A DNA stretch of 64,000 nt from the human T2T-CHM13v2.0 reference genome, Homo sapiens. Under the pieces are notes generated by a model. It had not been told where the DNA came from. It did not search any database and worked only from the letters and a program-made list of their open reading frames with translations. Of the stretch, positions 50,710 through 64,000 are shown piece after piece (positions within the stretch are counted from its first letter, which is position 1; each line of letters begins with the position of its first letter). The stretch lies in the NCBI RefSeq assembly GCF_009914755.1, contig NC_060925.1; one strand, 5' to 3'. Position numbers and translations under genes: made by a program.

Positions 50710-52105
50710 TCTCACCTTCGTACACTAATGGTTGGAAGGTACAACAGCATATGCACTTTGGGAAAAAATATCTGGCATATTCTTACAGAAACAAACAACT
50801 ACCTATTCTATGACTCAGTAATTCCTAAGCATTTATCCAAGAGAAACTAAAACCTATGTCCAGAAAATGACTTATACAAGAATGTTCATAGCAGTTTTAT
50901 TCATAATACAAAAAACTGGAAACATTCAAGTATCTGTCAATACAAGAATGGATCAATAAACTGTGATACACTCATTCCATGGAATGGCTAAAGGAACAAA
51001 CTGGTGACACACAGAACAACATGGATGAATCTCAAAAACATTTGGAGTGCGATAGAAGCCATACCCAAAAAAGTGCGAGAAAAAAAGATAAATAATAATG
51101 GTTCCAAGAAATGCACAGCAGACAGCCCAGAGGCAAAGACCCACAGGACGGCGGGCCGGTCCCAGGCTGTCGATCCTAATTAAGAAACTTCTGCTGGATT
51201 TTGCCCAGCTCCATTTCCAAACTATTTTGGGTCAGTGACTTCTTTATCCCTTCCATGTTGCCTCATTTTGAACTAGAATCACTGTAAGTGTTATTCTATG
51301 TCTGTCACATCATTCCACAGTAGGGGCAGATAAGCTGTATAGAATGGCTAAAATTCAAAAAGGTGAACACACCAAATGCTGTCAAAGATGAGGAGCAAGC
51401 AGAACTTTCCATCGCTAGTGGAAATCAAAAGGGTACAGTCACTTTGGAAAACTTAAGTTCACTCAAAATCCTGCACAGAAGTACTTACAGCAATTTTATT
51501 CATCATTGCCAAAACTTGGAAGTGCCCAAGATGTCTTTCACCAAGCGAAAGAATAAACAAACTGTTGTAGCCATACAAGGAAATCTGATTCACTGATTTT
51601 AAAAAACAAGTTATCAAGCCATGAAAAGACATGAAGGAACTTAAAGTACATAATGCTAGAAAGAAGCCAGTCTGGAAACCCACATACTGTACCACTCCAA
51701 CTCTAGGACATTCTTGGAAAGTCAAAAAGATAGAAGTAGTAAAATGGTGAGTGCTTGTCAGGGGTGGAGGAGAGGAGGACGCGTGAAATGGTGAAGCACA
51801 GGGAATTTTCAGCAGTGAAACTCTTTCGCATGACGCTGTATTGGGGATTTAGGACATTATGTAATTGCCAAAACCCATAATCTGTGAAACTCAAAGAATG
51901 ACCTCTAATGTAAACTATGGACTTTAGTTGATAATGACGTATCAACAGTGGTTCATCAATTGTAATGAATGGACCACACTAATACAACATACTAGTAGGG
52001 AAAATTGTGTGCTGGAGGACAGGGGAGCCTAGGAGAACTCTCTGTATTATCCACTCAAGTTTTCTGTAAACCTAGAACTGCTCTAAAAAATAATGTCTAT
52101 TAACT
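50710..52105 (+). mobile_element. Old L1M (L1MC/ME-like) 3' fragments
   Basis: L1 3'-end motifs (aatgtaaactatggactttagttgataatg...aaacctagaactgctctaaaaaataa). Confidence 0.7.
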
Positions 52106-52539
52106 GTTTTTTTAATTAGGATGCAGCAGCCCCATATCAAGGTTTTGGTGGCATCCTGTAATTGTGTGGTTAGTACTTGGCATTGAAGTGCACCAACCTG
52201 GAGTCAGAGCAGTTGGAGATTTCAAGGCCTGTGCCATTTACCTCTAACCCTGGGGTGCCCCTGGAATACAGATAGCAGATCGGTTAAGGAGAAGCAGCCT
52301 CAGCAATCTAGACAGTGCAGGTTTCTGGTGAGGACAGGTAAAAACCATCTGGGTGGGCAGAACTTGGTGAAGACTAGAAACCACTGAGACTCAGCAGCTG
52401 CCGCAGTGGCACCCACAAATCAAAGGAGGGGGCTGGGAAGAGCTAAGGGCTACTGGATGAGCTCTCTGCCTGCAAGACAGAAGCAGATCCAGAGATTTTG
52501 GAAAATAATGTAGGTTTCAGTACAGTGTGATCTCTTCAA

Positions 52540-52755
52540 AAAAGTAGAGAGAATGAAAAGGAAAGAAAAAGAGAGAGCATGAGAGAGAAAGAAGAAGAAA
52601 AGAAGAAAGGAAGAAAGGAAAGAAGGGAGGGAAGGAGGGAAGGAGGAAGGAAGGGAGGGATGGAGGGCGGGTGGGAAGGAGGGAAAGAATAAAAAGAGAG
52701 AGAAAGAGAGTTGGAGGGAAGTAGGGAAGGAAGGAAGGAAGGAAGGAAGGAAATG
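52540..52755. repeat. Polypurine low-complexity (GAAA/GGAA) tract
   Basis: Direct. Confidence 0.9.
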
Positions 52756-53977
52756 AACAAATTTACATGAAGATGAGAACAGTGGGGAAACTTACACCAC
52801 CAATATTTTCCATTAACAGGAACACGCTAAGTAGTTATTAGAGAAAGACACGCTACTGTAAAACAATATACTGTTTCCATGGGGTACAACAACCCCTTCC
52901 TCCTCCTCTGAAACACATTCTATCTCTGGCTCACTGTTGCCAGAGACACTGAGTCTTGTCTTTGGATACGTTCTGGTGCCCACAAGAATGAGATGAGACA
53001 GTGGATCCCAGAACACCAGGCCACGAACTTCCCTGTTGCTCCTTGTCCACTCCAGAAGCTACCCAGCTGCAGTTGGGGACCTCAGCCCCTGGGTCTGATG
53101 TCATCCATTTGCCTTTCTCAATGGACTTCTCTCCTTGCACTGGCTCCTACTCCCCCAGGACCTGTGGGTGACCACATGAGAAGAACACAAACAGGCCATG
53201 CCCCTTTCTTTCTCCCCCTCTCAATGCCTGCAGTAGTGGGTTCCATGGGGTAGTGACCTGAGATTTACTCATTGTGGGGCCTCTAGCCCAGAGCAGGGCC
53301 TACTACCTCATAGTCACCCCATGAATGCTCAGTGAAAGAAGACGTCCACCACAAGGTCCTGGGGAACCAAGAATTCCACTGTGGCCCATAAATTCTAAGT
53401 CTACAGGATTCTGGAATGGGAGATGGGAAAGGCCTTCAAAAGTGGCCACTTTTAACCCATTATACTGGCAACTGAGCCATGTTTCCCCATCCTGGACACA
53501 TCCAGAGGGCACTGCCTAAAACCAGACACATCTCCCCACCCAGGACAGTGTAGGAGCCTTAGCCTGGGGGATGCAGGTGGACAGGGAGGGGGTGAGCCAC
53601 CAAAGCTGAAGAGCAGAAAGCAGGTGAAAGGGGACAGTAGGGTGGAAACAGAGAGAAATGGGGGCAGAGAATGGGGGGTGAGAGGGGAAGAGTGAGGAGA
53701 GGGATGCAGATCTAGCTAGTAAGGAAAAGTCCTGGAGAGAACACTGTCCTCTCCTGAAGTAAAATCACTTCTACCTGACCACGGCACTGCAGCTCATGGG
53801 CAGCACATGCTGTGGATATTTGTTCATTCATTTAACAAATATTTATTTAATATCTGTTGCATGCCAAGCAAGGCCCTGCGATGTTTAGGGACCTTGACAT
53901 CTTCCCTTCACATCTGAGTCATAATACAAAGAGGACTCTCTGACCCCACTGAGCTGGCAATGCCTCGGGATTTTTAC

Positions 53978-54249
53978 CTGTTGGATCTGGCAGCTCTTGA
54001 TGTCAGCCCACACCATGTGAGGCTGCTCTTGGTGCACCCAATGGGGAAGTTTCTACATCAGGGCCTCGGAGAATCCACTGGAAGCCCTGGACAGTGGGAG
54101 TCAGCGGCATCCCCAGTGTGGAGGCCAAGAGCACACAGTGCTTAAGCTCCAGGCACCCTCAGGAGGACGGCAAGGGACAATTGGCTGGTGAGAGCCCGGG
54201 TCACCGGGAACCTTCGCCTGGGTCTAAACAGGATTTGCCTTCAGATTGC
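53978..54249 (-). other. NBPF1: 5'-UTR exon (272 nt) containing a 35-codon uORF (54110..54003)
   Basis: tttctctcttttatctcacag| acceptor, CAG|gtaaaa donor. Confidence 0.7.
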
Positions 54250-54419
54250 CTGTGAGATAAAAGAGAGAAATCAAGGTTAACGTTGAGATTTAGGGCTTCG
54301 GTAACTTGAAGGATGGAGCTGCCATTTACGGAGACTGGGAAGACCCAGGGAAGAGCAGGTTGAAAGGTGGTGGGAACTAGAGGTGGTTGGGTTTCTGTCA
54401 TATGTAATCAACAGTCCTG

Positions 54420-54607
54420 ACCAGCCTGGGCAACATAGTAAGACCCCGTCTGGGAAAAGAAAAAAGGAAAAATAAGCTGAGCATGGTGGTGCACACTTGT
54501 AGTCTCAGCTACTTGGGAGGCTGAGGCAGGAGGATTCCTTGAGCCTTCAGTTAGCGGTTAGTGAGCTATGATGGCACCACTGTACTCCAGCCTGGGGGGA
54601 AAAAAAT
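54420..54607 (+). mobile_element. Partial Alu/FRAM
   Basis: Alu right-monomer-like. Confidence 0.75.
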
Positions 54608-55269
54608 AAAGAGTCCTGACTAAATACTAGAGTAGCCAGGGAAGTTTTCACAAAGTAAGTAATATTTGAGGCAGATCTTAGTGAACAAGAATTCCATTAT
54701 TTCTGTTAGGGAATTAAGAGAGTGTGGGTGTCGTTAGTTAATGCTTATTAAAGTAGCTTTGGAATCTCATCTACTGGTCTAGCTGGTCTATCTGTACACG
54801 TATATTGTATATGCTGTCTCTCTGAGCTTTCGCTAGGTTATGCTACGGTAACAAAAGCCCCAAAATCTTAGCAGCTACACATACGAAGGTTTATTTTTCA
54901 TTGACATGTCCTTTTATGGCAGGTTGACTGTGACTCTACTCTATACAAGCTACTTTATTTGTTAGATGGTGAAAACTGTGATACTCGGAGGTTGTTGAAT
55001 ATGGTATTAGTATGTTCATTCATTCACTCATTTAAGAAATATTTATTCAATATCTGTTTCATGCCAGGCAAGGTCAAGTACTGAGAATACACTGGTGAAT
55101 CAAAGAGACAAAATCTCTAATTGCCAGGAGCTTATATTGAAAATCAGATTAAACACATACAAAATCATCATAATAACAACAATGAATACTATATTCATAA
55201 ATAATAGCTGTAAGAGATTTTAGTACATCTTTTAAATTAGAAAAATATAAAAATTATTAAAACTAAAAT

Positions 55270-55565
55270 GGCCAGGTGTGATGGCTCATGCCTGTGATCC
55301 CAGCACTTTGGGATGCCAAGGTGGGAGGATCATTTCAGCCCAGGAGTTTGAAACCAGTCTGGGCACTACAGGAAAACCCTGTCTACAAAAAGGAGAAAAT
55401 TAGCCGGGCACAGTGGTGCATGCCTGTAGACCCAGCTACTAAGGAGGCTGAGGTGGGAGGAGTGCTTGAGCCTGAGAGATCAAGGCTGCAGAGAGCCATG
55501 ATCATACCACTGCACTCCAGCCTGGGCGACAGAGCGAGACACTGTCTCAAGAAAAAAAAAAAAAT
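55270..55565 (+). mobile_element. Alu (AluJ-like)
   Basis: Consensus plus A-tail. Confidence 0.9.
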
Positions 55566-56219
55566 TATTTGATGTAGTCCTAAAACTATTATGTAGAATA
55601 CTATTGTTTATATCACATCACGTGAGCCCCTTAAATGGCTTAACACTTATTTAGGTATGATCCATAAAGCTTTTCTGGTAATTAAGTATACTTAAGAACA
55701 ATTAAGTATAAAAGAGTTACTGCCTTGACAGGAAGATTGTAAAAATTTTAAAAAGACAAATAAATAAAAGAGTAAAAACTGTAGCTCTGTGAGGCTCAAA
55801 TAACATCTAATTCAAGTCACAATGAACATCTAGCAATCATTCTGAACACCATATAATTCACTTAATACGTTTTGCCTGAACACCCAACACATCTGAATTA
55901 CCAACACCCATATGTAGCCAAGAAACTGGCAATCATTTATAAATTATCACCTATGACTCCATCTGCTCTACGCACTTATTTTTTAAATTTTATTCATTTA
56001 TTTATTATTTTTATTTGTTGTAGAGATGGGATCTCACTATGTTACCCAAGTTGGTCCAGAAACAGAAACAGACCCACACTAATTTCATAAATCAGATGAC
56101 CATACAGTCATTCGATTTATGAAAAAAAGTGCCACATGGTGCGGAAGGAAAAGGATGGTCTTTTCAATAAATGGTGCTGGATCAAGCAGACACATCCATG
56201 TAGTAAAAAGTGAATCATA

Positions 56220-56515
56220 GCCAGGTGGGGTGGCTCACACCTGTAATTCCAGCACTCTGGGAGGCTGAAGCGGGCAGATTACTTGAGCCCAGGAGTTCGA
56301 GACCAACCTGGGAAACATGTTGAATCCCCATCTCTACAAAAAATATGAAAATTAGCCAGGCATGGTGGCACATGCCTATAGTCGCAGCTACTCAGGAGGC
56401 TGAGGTGGGAGGATCACTTGAGCCAGGAGATGGAGGTTGAGTGAGCTGAGATCCTGCCACCACACTCTAGCCTGGGCAATAATAGACTGAGGCCCTGTCT
56501 GAAAAAAAAAAAAAG
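56220..56515 (+). mobile_element. Alu (AluJ-like) within an old L1
   Basis: Consensus plus A-tail. Confidence 0.9.
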
Positions 56516-56667
56516 CAAAAACTAAAATAAAATCGTTATAAGGTTAACACAGAAAAATGTGTTCATACTCTTAGGTTAGGCATTGATTTCTTAAACAGGA
56601 CACAAAAAACAGTAACCATAAAGGAAAAGATTGATAAAGTATAATTTCATTAAAATGAAGAATCTCA

Positions 56668-56970
56668 GGCTGGGTGCAGTGGCTCATGCCTGTAATCCCA
56701 ACCCTTTGGGAGGCCGAGGCAGGTGTATCACTTGAGCCTAGGAATTCCAGACCAGCCTATGCAACGTGGCAAAACCCATCTCTACTAAAAATACAGAAAA
56801 CAGCTGAGTGTGGTGGTACTCCCCTGTAGGTCCCAGCTACTTGGGGGCTGAGGCAGGGGGATCACCTGAGCCTTGTGAGGTCAAGGTTGCAGTGAGCTGT
56901 GATTGTGCCACTGCACTCCAGCCTGGGCGATGGAGTGAGATCCTGTCTCAAAAAGAAAAAAAAAAAAAAG
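56668..56970 (+). mobile_element. Alu (AluJ-like)
   Basis: Consensus; TSD-like aagaatctc/gagaatctc. Confidence 0.9.
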
Positions 56971-57461
56971 AGAATCTCCCTTCATGAAAAAACACCATAA
57001 AAGAGTGAAAACGCAAGCTACAGATTGAAAAAAGGGAAATGCAATACATATAAATCCTAGAAAGGAGGCATATCCAGAATAAAGTATTACAAATCAACAG
57101 GAAAACAAGCATATCAATGAAAACTGGATAAAAAGATTTAACAGGCACGTCACAAAAGAGGACATATAAATGGCAATAAAAGATACTCAATCTCAATGAA
57201 ACCACACTGATATATTACTGCACCCCTACTAGAATGGCAAAATAATTTTTAACTGACAGGTATCAGCGAAGATGTGGGGTAACCAGCATATCCCTGCTAA
57301 ATGGTACAACTACTTTGGGAAAATGTTCAACAATATGTAATACTAAAGTTTTATCATTCATATACCTCTAAAACCAACAATGCCACCCCTACAAATATAC
57401 CCCAGACTAGTAATGTTCAATTTCTTGATCTGTGGTGGTTCACTTGGTAAAAATTCATTAC

Positions 57462-57760
57462 TTTTTTTTTTTTTTTTGAGACAGGGTCTCACTCTGCCAT
57501 CCAGGTCGGAGTGCACTGCCATGATCACGGCTCACTGCAATCTCAACCTCCCGGGCTCTGGTGATCCTCCCAACTCAGCCTACCGGGTAGCTGGGACTAC
57601 AGGCACACGCCACCACACACAGCTAACTTTTGTATTTTTAGTAGAGAAAGGGTTTTGCCACATTGCCCAGGCTGGTCTGGAAATCCTGGGCTCAAGTGAT
57701 CTACCCACCTTGGCGTCCCAAAGTGCTGGGATTACAGGTGTGATCACTGCGCCCGGGCCA
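57462..57760 (-). mobile_element. Alu (AluJ-like)
   Basis: T-tail plus antisense consensus. Confidence 0.9.
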
Positions 57761-58399
57761 CCTGCACATGTAAAATTGTGAACTTCTGTATACTTCAGTA
57801 ACTTTTCCAAGATTTCTTTGACGCAAAGTTCTCAGAAATCTTAAAGCTAGCATTTCAGAATAGAAAAAGTAGCTTCTGGTTCACTAGTGAAATTTTACCA
57901 ATAGAATTTAAAAACAAAAAGCTACTAACGCATATCAGCTCAGAACACTACCAGCAGATCTTTTCTTTAACTTCCTGAAGCACTGGGATTCATTCTTTTG
58001 GCAAAGAAAGGATGAACAACACTGTAACCCAAAGAAAAGATACCACTGCCAGAAAAGACTTCTTTTCGAAAGCAGCTCTAAGCAAAAGATAGGAGGAAAA
58101 CAAGGAAGCCAGGCCAAACGTCTTGGTTAACTCTCCGCTGAAAGGACGCCACATGAGATGATCTAAGAAGCCAGCCAGCCAGCCAGACACAGGGAAATCA
58201 CAGCAACTCTTTGGAGTGCAAACAGCAACCCCACAATCCAATCTACCCGAAATCCTGCGGTTCATTTGAGGCTTGCCCCGCTAGTCAGGAGGTGATTCAG
58301 CGATGGCTACAAATGCTGCTCATGTGCATCCTGGACCTGGCACACCTGGCTTGCCCATCACCAGCCTGGAGACACCGCCAGGAGCAGAAGCCCGGAGGC

Positions 58400-59450
58400 C
58401 AGTAAAGACCCCAACTTTGCAAGTCAGGGGCGCGAGCGCGCTCGCCTCTCAGGTCCGCAGAGGGAACGGATTTCTGGCCTGGAGGGTGGGGTTCGGGGTC
58501 AGTGTCCTCTACAGGATATAGGAGGACGTGCCCCCGAAGCTGCTCCGTCCCTCCACCCCCTGGGATGCCACAGAACACCCGCCAGCGAGTTTCTTCCCCA
58601 GCGCCCACGAGAGTTGGGCTGCGGGCGGCAGCGGCAGGCGAAGAATCCAGCGCGGGGAACTCAGGCCCCGGCGGTGCACGACCCCCCACACCCCCCACCC
58701 GCCCCCGCGCTCGCGCAACAAAACTTGCCACGGCCGCGCCTCGACCCAGCTGTGCGCCCGCGGGTCCCGGATTCACCGCCCGCCCAGCCTGGCGCGGCGC
58801 CCTCACCTCAGAAACGCTGGGTGGACTTCGCGTAACTTCCCATTCACAGGGCAGCCGGCAGCCGCGCCGCCGCGCCTCGGCCCAGCTCCTGGCGCCGCAG
58901 ATCGCCCGTCCCGCGTTCCCAAAAGCACCGCGCTCGCTCAGAAGCTCGGGCAGCCTCGCGACCCTCACCTACGCCTCCCAGTACCGCCGCTGTCTCAACC
59001 GCCACCCAGCCCCTCGCCTGCGCCTGCGCCTGCAGCCCACTGGCTCCTCAGGCTCCCGATGGGCGTGTCAGGATAACCCAAGGCGCAGGCGCGGCGGGGC
59101 CTTAAAGGGACCCGGCGGCCTCTTCTGCACAACGGGTTCGAGCAGGTTAGGGGCCGCGCAGGCAGAGGAAAGGAGTAACCCAGGGGAAGGACCGAGTGCA
59201 GCGGGGACGGGGAAATCCCTCTCTCCCCTCCGCCTGTCTTTCAAAGCACCAGCCCTCGACCCTCCAAATCGCTGGTTTCCCCGGCCACTTGAACAGCCCC
59301 TGCCAGGTTGAAGAGGCAGGAGACACACCCCCTCTGGGGCTGGAGCGACCCCGCGCTTAGGACTGCAGGCCTCGCGCTGCCGCACCGCCCCGAATCTGAC
59401 TTCCAGGCACGGGCACGCGGTGCAGTCGGGCAGGCTTCAGAAGAGCCCCC
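58400..59450. promoter_or_regulatory. CpG-island promoter of the NBPF gene, with NRF1-like motifs at 59019-59030 (TGCGCCTGCGCC) and 59083-59092 (GCGCAGGCGC)
   Basis: Very high GC and CpG density at the 5' end of the minus-strand gene. The literature describes the NBPF1 promoter as EVI5-derived (not verified here). Confidence 0.85.
58807..59075 (-). other. NBPF1: Exon 1 region (non-coding); donors at 58807 and 58969; TSS position approximate
   Basis: GAG|gtgagg and TAG|gtgagg donors inside the CpG island. Confidence 0.6.
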
Positions 59451-59779
59451 AGCTCTCCCAGAGGTGGCCTTAGGTCACTCTCAAAAAGAATAACCAACGT
59501 GTCAATGGCACTTGTAGTTATTTTCTAATTTAAATTTATTAACAGATTTTGCAGATGGGCTTCCACTGAAATAAGCCTTTGAGAAAAAGAAAAACTTTTT
59601 TTTTCAACAGGATTAGAATACCAAGAAATAGGAAGTAAAGCCATGCCGTCCACCCAGCTAAAAACTTTGAAAACTTGATATTTTATCTAAGGCAAATGTT
59701 TGCATAACTTTAGGTCATGCCATTATTTAAAGTCAATTTCAGTTAACAATTTCATTGCAACTGAATCTATCTTGTATAA

Positions 59780-60510
59780 GAAAACTAAGATACATCCCTG
59801 ATAATCTACCTCTCCCCTCCTATACTCCATCCGTCAGCAAATCCTACTGGTTTTTACCTTCCAAATTTTCCTTGAATCTGTCCTCTTCTATCTCCTCCAT
59901 CACCACCCTAGTCTAGGCTGCCTTCACCTGGGGAGTGAGGGTCGAGGGACTACTGACCTAGTCTTCTTGTGGTTTACCCATATCCCCTTTATCGCCTCTC
60001 TAATCTCAACACAACAGGCAGAGTGGCTTTTCCAAAATATAATGTGACCGTGTCACTTCCCAGCCTAAAGCACTTAAACACCTTCCCATTCTCTTAGACA
60101 AAACCTCCTAACTAACCAAGCCCCGAATGGCCAGGCGCCTTGCCCACTTCTTCATCTCTTCTCACTACTCAGACCAATTCCGTTCTGCTCTCTCTGCTCC
60201 AGCCAAACTGGCCTCTTTTATTCCCTATTTACCAGCTTCCTGGCCTCCACAGAGCTTTTGCTCATGCTTTGCTCTGTGCCTGGAAGGTTCTTCTAACCCC
60301 TATTCTTCTGAGAACAGCTGTAGTCTCCACCTCTGAAAAGCACCTTCTGACCTCCCTATGGTGGTCCCTTACTCCTATCACATTGCATGAAACTGTAATC
60401 GGGTGGTTATTTTGGTGAATTTTTTACTATCGGCTACGTAAGCCCAGGGTTTGGTTTTGTTTGCTTCATGATTTGTATTTCCACATTTGTTAAATACATA
60501 TTTGTTCATA
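59780..60510 (+). mobile_element. L2 fragment
   Basis: L2-like (atccatccgtcagcaaatcctactggttttaccttccaaa...). Confidence 0.6.
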
Positions 60511-60789
60511 AATGAGAATGATGGATGCTAGAAGTTGAAGTAAATTTGGCATAAAGTCAGAGAAAGAGAAAATGTCACAATCTGACAGTTGGAGTCAGAA
60601 TGTAGAAACTTCAGTTATATTAAAACTGATTTTATATCGTTTTAGGCTGAGTTGTCTTAGGATGCTTTGGGTAACCTTTAAAACTGAGTTCTCAAAGAGC
60701 CTTGTATAAACACCTGAATTAATAATGATAAGCCATGGGGTGGCCCACATAAAACTAATAACATTGGTTGCTTTAAGAGAGGAAGACTG

Positions 60790-61179
<390 letters not shown>

Positions 61180-61754
61180 TTATTTCAAAGTCTGTGAAGA
61201 TAAATGACACAAAAGAGCACATACCTTCCCATTTATTTGAAATTCTAGAAAGGGGAAAATTAATCTGTGGTGAAAAAATCATAGCAGTGGTTCCCTCTGG
61301 CAGGGGATTGACTGGGAAGTTACATGAGAGAAATTTCTGGGTGGTAAAAATGGTCTCTGTCTTGATAGGGATATGAGTTATATAAGTGTATTCATTTGTC
61401 AAAAAACATACAGTTAACATTTCAATGAATGTAAATTTTACCTTAAAAACTATACGAATAAATGCAAATTTAAAATCTGCTAGCTAACACCTAGTTGAGT
61501 ACTCAGTGTCTATGGGCATTGGCCGAGGCTATACATACACGATTTTCTTTAGTCCTCATACCGTCCTCATGGGGTAGGTATTATTATCATAACCCCCTTG
61601 CATATGAAGAAGCCAAAATGCAGTAAATACCAAATAACTTGCCTCAATTTATACCCCTGGAAAATGCGGGAAGAGCTTTAAACACCATCAGTCAAATGCC
61701 AGAAGTTGTTAAACATTAGACTCTATAGCACTTCTCTGAAATTATAGTATTTTT

Positions 61755-61757
<3 letters not shown>

Positions 61758-61793
<36 letters not shown>
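61758..61793. repeat. (TA)n microsatellite
   Basis: Direct. Confidence 0.95.
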
Positions 61794-61795
<2 letters not shown>

Positions 61796-61883
61796 TCTAC
61801 TAGATCAAGAGCTTCACAATGATTGAAATCATAGTTTGTCTTTTTGTTTGAGGTTTATGTTTTTATTTTACTTCATTATTTTA

Positions 61884-62275
<392 letters not shown>

Positions 62276-63729
62276 CTACAGGCCCAATATTTTTGTCTTA
62301 AGTTTCTAAGCCGTCCCAAGACTTTGCACAGTAGCTGTTCAATGTATTTTGAGTGAATGATTAAAAACAAGCTTGATGTCGATTTTATTGGTACAATTTA
62401 TATTTACATATGTAATATTTATATGCTTTTATATATTTATGTGTGCATGTATATAATTGGTACTAACTTAGCACTGCTGTGCCTAAGTGCCTGAGATGCA
62501 TCTCAAATGAATAGGCCTGAGGAGAGAAGCTTGTGTCATTAGCTCTGACCCTGCAGCACTAATCCTGGTTTACCCCTTTCTTTCAGTCTCCCTGAGCACA
62601 ATTTATTTGCTGAAAGGCCACATCTCACTATGGAGTGAGGATCAAGAAGTAAAGGTCTGAAAGAGAGAAGCTGCGGGGCTGGGGAGACTGTTGGTCGGAG
62701 AGGCGTCGGGGGCCCAAGGAAAAGGGAGGATTGTGGGGAGGAATCGGCGTAGAGATGAGAGGAGCAGCAGAGACAGAGTCTCACGCAGAGGTGTGCCCAG
62801 ACACCCTGAACCAAGTTACTTAACCTCGTCCACCACCGTGGCACCCGTGGGGTCCGTGGGCCCGTCGGTCTTCCAGGAGGGATTCTGTGTCCCTGTTATT
62901 GTGTGTCAACATGTGTTAGCCTGATATTTATATTTTTAATGAGAGAAAACGAACTCTGGAATTTGCGAACTGTTTTTTCGTTTTGCTTTATACCTCTTGG
63001 ACACTCCTTCCGAAGGATTGGGTCTCAAGGGCAGTGGGGTGTGACTACGGTAGACAGGGCTGATTAATTTTCATCCAAAACTCTTTGGCGGATTCCCCTG
63101 CTCTCCGCTTCTCCGGTCTAACAGTAGTTTAAAACAGAAGATCAGCAACATTTGGAGAGTTTTTTTCTTTGCATTTTAATGATAAACTTGATTTATTCCA
63201 TTCCAAAAGTTTTATTATTCTGAGGTTGTCTTTCTATATTTTGAGTATAAAACAATGGCCATACTATGTTGGAACCACCAAGGTTCTTCTCTTCACTTGT
63301 TCATTTGTAATGTCTCTTTATAATCTGAGAATTTCCTGAGCAAACTGGGAACTGTTATACATAATTCCTTGTTTTTCAACATTCTTTGTAAACAGGAATC
63401 AGGATTGGGGATGGGGAGGGAGGGAGGAGTAGGAGTCCTGATTTGTGGAACAGAAAATCATGGATTACTTATATGATGGAGCAAAGGGTTTAAAAACTCT
63501 TAGCATCCCCAGATTTCCCCTTTTACTGTTTGCTGAAGAAAATTCTGTCTTTGACTCCCTTCCTTACCCTCTCCGGGCCTGTGAGAAGCTTCCTCCCTAT
63601 TCAGTTTATTTCCTCCTCTGCTCCCCGACCCACCCCCCACAGCCCCCTCCTCTTTTTCAGTGAAGCCGCTGGAGGAAAGTCGGGTTTGGGAGAAGACCCA
63701 CACAGGCAAGGACAGCAGGAGAACACTGA

Positions 63730-64000
63730 CATAGTTACACTCTTGTCACCAGCACTTTTATTAAGACGTGAAAAGACAAAGACAACAGAGGAGAGCAGAG
63801 AATAATATCTCTGTTTCAGCTATTCCAGGATGTTATGCCAATTATCCAGAGTCCTTGATCTGATGTAGTAAAGAGCTAGGGACATTTTCCCTGAAGGCTT
63901 TGATTGCTGGCAAAATCTCATTAAACGTGTATACATTCATAGGTTGGCCATAGGATGGATAAAAGAAGAGCCTCTGGCCTACATCTGCCACGATACATGT
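63730..64000 (-). pseudogene. Probable 3' end of an upstream same-strand transcript (CROCC pseudogene by recalled synteny with NBPF1)
   Basis: AATAAA on the minus strand at 63762-63757 in 3'UTR-like unique sequence; identity rests only on recalled gene order. Confidence 0.35.

Noticed and set aside
58297-59385. Overlapping 182-269-aa ORFs on both strands
   Set aside because: Pro/Ala/Arg-rich frames are expected from stop-codon scarcity in a CpG island.
63080-63125. Possible tRNA or snRNA remnant (GCGGA...TCCGC stem)
   Set aside because: Only a 5-bp stem; no cloverleaf, A/B boxes or U1 sequence.

Overview
Human/hominid genomic DNA. Most of the window is one minus-strand NBPF (Olduvai/DUF1220) gene whose diagnostic residues best match NBPF1 as I recall it. 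It has a CpG-island promoter at ~58.4-59.4 kb, several 5'-UTR exons, and an ATG at 37449. Then come two ~6.3-kb coiled-coil+CON1 modules, a CON2 domain (intron filled by nested L1s), and a tandem array of HLS1-HLS2-HLS3 Olduvai triplets that runs off the left end. I traced 38 GT-AG coding exons (4966 nt, ~1655 codons, phases consistent), encoding 16 Olduvai domains; the 3' end (CON3/stop) is outside the window. Main observations: (1) the triplets alternate as two variants (4715/4705 bp), forming a near-perfect 9420-bp higher-order six-domain unit marked in the protein by a Phe/Cys alternation; (2) an NBPF1-type gene carries an expanded triplet array; (3) the polybasic furin/NLS-like linker contains a 32-nt sequence duplicated out of frame; (4) an NBPF3-type N-terminal exon is cut into a uORF by a TGA; (5) an apparently internally primed L1 carries a nested L1 with a short 3' transduction. 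The rest is Alu/L1/L2/MIR/MaLR repeats. Paralog assignments and literature statements are from memory and need database checks.
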